NCBI GenBank assembly: GCA_020891255.1
Contig: BQFW01000008.1
Location: 372,001 to 436,000 of the forward strand
Length of the DNA: 64,000 nucleotides
Direction: 5' to 3'
From: Entomortierella parvispora E1425
Taxonomy: Eukaryota > Fungi > Mortierellomycota
Made by a program: the position numbers and the translations under genes. The notes below the pieces were generated by a model that did not search any database, had not been told where the DNA came from, and saw only the letters and a list, made by a program, of their open reading frames with translations. Position 1 is the first letter of the stretch; every line of letters begins with the position of its first letter. Below are positions 58,313 through 64,000 of the stretch, piece by piece.

Positions 58313-59821
58313 GGTGAATGTGAGAGTGGTTGCGATTGAAGGGGGGTTTGTAGACGGGTGAAGTGGAAGGAGGAATGAAAAGGTTGTCTTTGTAAGCTTT
58401 TGCTGCTATGAAGGGTGAATGATAGTGTTGTTGCCAGAGAGGGCAGGAGGGTCTCTTTTTAAGGCCTTCAGGAACAGTTCGCTCCCTCCGAGTGCTCTGC
58501 AGGGAATGAACGCTAATTGCGTTCTCGGCAACCATGTTTGTAACGTGGATGGTTGTTGGTCTCAGATCGCCGTCACTCTCGGAGGAGTTATTTCAAGAAG
58601 CGCTCCGGAGTCGTGATAAACGGAATGCAGCCACTGTGTCTCATACCTTTCTCTTTCTTCATATGGCTCTTTGGGTCACCACCCTCCGGGTGTCGCCTTG
58701 ATCGCTACGGGTCAACTCTCAAGATTGAACTTGGTACCCTGATGCGCGGTTTCGCATGTCAACCTTGATCATCTGCAGTCCGCTCCAGTGTAGCCAGCTT
58801 CACTTTGCACTCACAAAGAAATCAACCGTGGGTTGCAAGCCGAGATAAAAACTCGGCCTTCACTCATTCAACTAGATCCACCAGCAGTTAGCTCGTCAAA
58901 GGGTCGAGGCCGCCGCAAGCTGATCTTCGATTGGCCCCATTGAAGAGAAATTTGCAAAGTAGAAGCAGATAGACTCCCCTGATAGTCTGACAGGTGCGAA
59001 GAGACACTTGTCAGGGCCTCGATGTCCTATGAGACCTGGGCTCGGACGTCCCACCATACTTTGGCTTTAGTCAAAAAAAGGACGACCCACTTCGTTCCCG
59101 AAAGTCCTCTATGTCATTCGTCACAATCCAACGCCACTGCACGGTGACACATATGGCTACTTTCAGGTCAACAACAGCAACCAAAAAAAAAAAAAAAAAA
59201 AACGTGGAGAAGGTGGAGAAACCGAAAGAGATAATATTTGTCTCTCATGGGAAAAGTGGAGACCACTCAATCAATACCTCCTAACTTACCTCCATAATGG
59301 AGTCGTAGCTTTCGACTTAGTCTGCGGTGGGGCTTTAGGGACTTGCTCCTTCCTGAGACCTGACCCGAGTCTAGATAATATCAATCTTTGCCTTCTTCGC
59401 CAACATGGCTAGAACCCGGAACGGTCATTTGTGCCGATACTTGATTAATTTGTTTGATGGCTTCAAAAGAAGGGTGAGGAGGGACGATAGCAGAGATCCT
59501 GATCTTTCATATTTTGCACTACGCTGCAGTGCGAGTCGACGCGTAACATTCAAATGGGCTGAGCCCAATGGGTCCGTTAACGAGCGGAAAAGCATGAAAA
59601 CAATCCTAAAGAGAGCGAAGGTCAAGTCGGCAGCTTTCCATCTTTGGGGCTGTGGTGACGGCATCCTTGTTTGTTCATGCAAAAAAGTCGTTTATTTGTT
59701 GACTGGAAAACAGGGAGCTATGTACAGGGGGTGAGGGCACACAGGAACGTGCGCAGCGAGGAAGATCAAGTCCAAAAAAAAAAAAAAAAAAAAAAAAAAG
59801 CGTGTTCCCAACAGGAGTGGT

Positions 59822-61150
59822 TCAGCAAGTTGCCGACAGATCGCGACCGTCGTCCCCCTTCTTCAGCCAGCCCTCTCGCTGGACTTTGTCATTTTCCTGG
59901 CTAGGTGGGGTGGGAGGAGGGGTCGTGGTGACGGCGGCTGTGGTCGTCGTTGTGGCGGCACCCAGCGTGGACGCATTCGTGTTCAAAGAAATGGCAGCCG
60001 TGGCAGCGCTGACAGAATGAATTCCAAAACTCGAGTTCAAGTTGTTGTGGGAAGAATACGATTTGAGCATGTTGTTGTTGGAGGGTCGACGGGTGAAAGC
60101 CTGGGGTGGTTTGCGCACCCGTTTCTCTGTCAGCACATTCTCATGTCCCTCGCCAACAAAGACCGAGGTCGCCGCTAACGCCTTCTGGTGGGCCTCGGGA
60201 CTAGCGAATTCCACAAAGGCACAGGCCTTTGGATGGACCACATTGAGAGTCCTAATTGCCCCAAAGGTTGAAAAGGCGTCATGGAGCATTTCCGAGGTGA
60301 TGCTCTCTGTCACATTCCTGATGTAGATCGTCAGCGCGTCCTTTTCCTCTAAACATGAACAATGATCCCGAGAAGAAGAGTGAGTCTTGATTATTTTGCC
60401 ATCTTCACAAACGATATTGACCTTTTTGCTCTCTTCTTCGTGTTACCCTGTGCCTGGCTGCTTGCAGACTTGATGTTTACTAAACTGGCCTTTTTGGTGA
60501 CTATTGCAGTGAAGGGTTGCGAGCGGGTGAGCAGGTCATTTCAGAATCAAGGAAGTTTGGTTTGTCTCTCCCTGCGAAGTCCTGGCTCGATCTATGACTT
60601 GCGGTAGTTGTTTGTAGACCGAAATACTGCTTGTTCAAGCATCCTTGCCACCGCTAGCCAGCCATGCCGAACTTCAAAAGATATCCGATCCAAGGAACTT
60701 GCGCGCCTTGTTTACTTCAAAAACAAGCATTTTGTTGTTTGTTGCTGTTTGTCTCTTTCTGTCATGCAAGACTCTGATCCTGATCCTGCATTGCATAGAA
60801 GTAACGTTTTGTGGTTTTGAACTCGAAAACACACCAGAGAGAATGACTGAGCGTTGTGTTCACCCCCCAAGAAAGCTGGTAAGGGTGCAGTAGAAAATGA
60901 AGACGAAAAGCAGAAAGGAGGCTGGGGGTCATTTGAGAGAAAGAGGTTATTCTTTTTTACCTCCAGTGGTGGCCATCTTGAGTTGCTTTTGAAGCTGCTC
61001 CCGTAATTCACGCTCACCCTTGAGCGCCTGATCCTTTTGTGCGATAGCATCGTCCTTGGCGGCAATGACGGCGTCTTTCGCCTTGATGACTTCATCTTTC
61101 GCTTGACAAATCTGGCATGTATGGGTGTTGTTGCGAGTCGAGTCGGCCAT
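59822..61150 (-). CDS. Coiled-coil plus RRM protein, spliced; exon structure tentative
   Basis: MADST...AKDEVIKAKDAVIAAKDDAIAQKD coil. RRM with IYIRNV (RNP2) and KACAFVEF (RNP1). Confidence 0.6.
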
Positions 61151-62795
61151 ATCCATGATGCAAGAGAGTGCTCTGGCGAGAGCGGCTGACAGTCGTGCAG
61201 ATAATAAAAGAAGGGTTCTTGAAGAACAAGAGAAATAGAATGTAACCAAAAAGAAAAAAAATGTGGTAGAAAGGTGAGGAGAAAGAATATGAGGAGGAGA
61301 GGAGGAGGAGAGGGTGACAGAGAGATTGGGCCCAGAGGAGAAACAAGAAAAGGAAGGAAACAGGGTCGAGAGATGAGAAAGAGAGGACTAAAGTGAACGA
61401 GAAGGAAAAGAGACAGGGGCAAAGCTGAAAGTACGTAGTGGTCTCCCCACTTTGTTTTCTTTGAAAGCCGTCAAACGACTTATCGTCACGTTGTTCCGAT
61501 AGGACGATTCATGCTTCCAGCTCAAGGGGAGAGGGGCATTGAAGCAGTGTTGGGTGTCAAAGATTAGGGGAGGCAGTGAGGAAAGAGGTGAGGAGAGGAT
61601 TGACGCCAGAACAACTGAGCTGAAGCGAGCAGTGTGGACAGGGGGGAGACAAGAACAAAAGTGAGGGGGTGGGACAACAATGGATCGTGCGCTTGTTTGG
61701 TTCTTTGTGTTGCCAGATGCAGGGATAGATGATTCCCAGTGGGGGGGGGGGGACAGAGGGCTCGACTTTTGCCCCTGAAATAGGACTTCCCTGGCGCGGC
61801 TGGTTCCCTAGCAAAGTCGGGACTCGGTCCGTCATATGTGCCCTAGAATCAACGAATGGAGACTGTGGCGATGGTGCAAGGGCAGACAAGTGCCATCAAC
61901 ACATGTAGGAGTGATAGTGCAACGTGATAAAGGGGAAGGGGCGCGCAGGAAGAGAGCAACTTGGAGGGCCTGAAAGGATGAAATAAAAGAAGCACAGCCT
62001 GCCAAGTTCCCAGAGCGCACGCCACAGACGCGTCTTGAGGTGGTTTCTATGATCAGTAACAAGACCAGACGACATGTTTGGTCCCACCAGAGCGAACCAA
62101 GCAAAAAAAAAAAAAAAAAAGAATCTTATCTCCTCGCGATCTGAGATCGATCTTCGGTGCGCTGACAACAGGGGCCATTGCTCGAATCCTCTCTCCTCCA
62201 TTTCACCTTGTCCCTACCCCTTCTTTTTCTCCGCGTGCACTGCACGCAAAACATTCATCGCCCTTCTCCGTCTCTTACTCCTCAGTGTCAACGTTCAATG
62301 AAACGTGGCCCATTAAGCATGAATACCTGTTGTTATTCCTCTTTGGTGCCGCAAGTTGCGCAACCCGACCTCTTCGATTGTTCACATCGGGCCCGATCAA
62401 AAAACACAAAAACGGGTTCACTGTTCGTGCCTTGTTTTGGGCAGGATCCAGGGAGTCAAAAAAAAAATAATCGAGCGCTCACCACAACAGGGACTCGGCT
62501 GCACATCCCAAAAGCTTGACGAGCACAACAAAACACAGGCAGCAATTACACCACAAGGCGCAGTATCTGGGTTCTCGCAAAGACATTAGCACAAAGGAAC
62601 AGTTGTGGGCACATGGACACTTCCGATTCTGTGGGCTGAACCAGGAAGGACATTTGGCGTTTTTGGATTTTGCAATTTAAGCATCAAAGCTTTTCTTTCC
62701 TCTCTTTGTCTCCCTTCCTGACCCTTCTTTCTTTTCCCGTCATTACTCTTTATCTATAACTACTTCCTTTCGCCTAATAACCTCAATTGCCATCC

Positions 62796-64000
62796 ATGGC
62801 CACAGACGATTCCTCTGGCCCCGAAGAAGAAGCGGCAGAGACTGTCATCTCGGGACCCTTACCGTCCGTCCCGCCTTGCCCGAAACAGTCGATCACTAAT
62901 GAGGTCCTTGAGGAGGAAGAGAGCGCAATCTCAATTGCCGAGCAGGAGCAGACTCTAGCGGAGGACACACGGCTTGAAAGACTAGAACTCAAACCTTGGT
63001 ACTCTCGACCCACCATCCAATGGCTCCTGCCATTCGTGTTCCTGCTCGCCGTTACATTGGGAATCTCTTCCGCACCACAGGATCAGATGCTAAACAAGAT
63101 CATTTGCAAAGATTACTTCCGAGGACAGGAAGGGCCTGTTATCGAAATCGTTGACAAGTGCAACACGCCTGCCGTCCAGGCCATGGCAGCGGTAGTGACG
63201 AGTCGACTTCGGTCTGCCAAGTATATTTGCTGTAAGGATTGGGGTTCTGAGTGGCCATTATTTCCATTCGCACCCCTAACCCCCCGGGCTGTTTCTTTGT
63301 TCTCGCTCGAATGTATAGCAATTTTTACCGTTGGGTTCTATACCTCACTGTCGGACCGTTTGGGTCGCAAGTACCTCATCTACATGACTCTCATTCCCTC
63401 AGCCGCAACTCAGCTACTGATCATCTATCTGATCCATCCTGAGAGGAACCTGGGGCTAGGTCTGCTGTACGGAAACTATGTGTTGAACGGTTGCCTGGGT
63501 GGAGAGTCGTTGCTGGAACCCTGTGTCACTTCATATGTCGGTAAGAGTTGAGCATGGTCTTCAAGTCATAGAAGCTCAACCCTTTCTAACACCCTCCCCA
63601 AACTGTTGGACCAGCTGACTGCACTTCACGCGAGAACCGAAGCGTGGCCATGGGCTATATCATGGTTGCACTCTCGGTTGGCATCACGTTCGGCCCACTC
63701 ATTGGAGGTTACCTCAGTGATGTCACTGGCAATGATGCCAATGCACTCAAACTTTCGATCCTGGCATCGCTGGTATCGATCCTGTACACGGCGATTCTCC
63801 CCGAGTCTCGCGTCCCAACAAAAGATTCAGTGATCTCATCTATGGCCATCCATTCAGCCAGCAGTGCCAGTCCAACAGAGACGAGTGTCTCGATGATGGG
63901 CAAGGCAAAAAAATTTGTGCTGAATTTCCTGGATCCACTCTTACTGTTTTTGCCTGGCAGAATCAAGTCGGCCCCAGATGTTGCAGTTTTGCCCTCGCGT
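62796..64000 (+). CDS. MFS transporter (SLC46/tetracycline-efflux-like), partial, runs off the window end
   Basis: PWYSRPTIQWLLP, CKDY...C..PAVQA, SLSDRLGRK motif A, multiple TM helices. Confidence 0.88.

Noticed and set aside
58988-59015. 10-bp hairpin CTGACAGGTG/CACTTGTCAG
   Set aside because: It is an isolated stem with no supporting context and is expected by chance in 64 kb.

Overview
Eukaryotic, intron-rich fungal genomic DNA. The short GT-AG/GC-AG introns, long poly(A/T) tracts and gene content point to Mucoromycota, probably Mortierellaceae (inference). Most of the window is housekeeping and metabolic genes: G-protein beta, a P450, HCS1/SMUBP-2 helicase, an unusual desaturase, APC2, YRA1, COX9, KTI12, THR4, EFR3, ARC15, a 7TM protein, a secreted FAD oxidase, a Ca3427-like binding protein, ketohexokinase, a Gemin8-like protein, tRNA-Ile(AAT), a sensor globin, an RRM protein and an MFS transporter. 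The standout is a complete 9.6-kb Mutator-like DNA transposon (47689-57300) with 50-bp TIRs and a perfect 9-bp TSD. It carries a Ulp1-type SUMO protease apparently fused N-terminally to a FAR1/MULE/SWIM transposase, a 3.2-kb higher-order 281-bp tandem array, and a divergently oriented zinc-finger/coiled-coil accessory ORF. This layout parallels the plant VANDAL anti-silencing MULEs (hypothesis only, no homology shown). Secondary signals: a 1.06-kb YRA1 intron with a 16-bp RNA stem and a candidate poison 3' splice site, an unexplained structured intergenic segment near 33.2-33.6 kb, an APC2 lacking its C-terminal WHB domain, a His-to-Tyr FAD-attachment variant, an O-fucosyltransferase-like pseudogene and three GC-AG introns. 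Exon boundaries and family calls were made by eye, without database searches.
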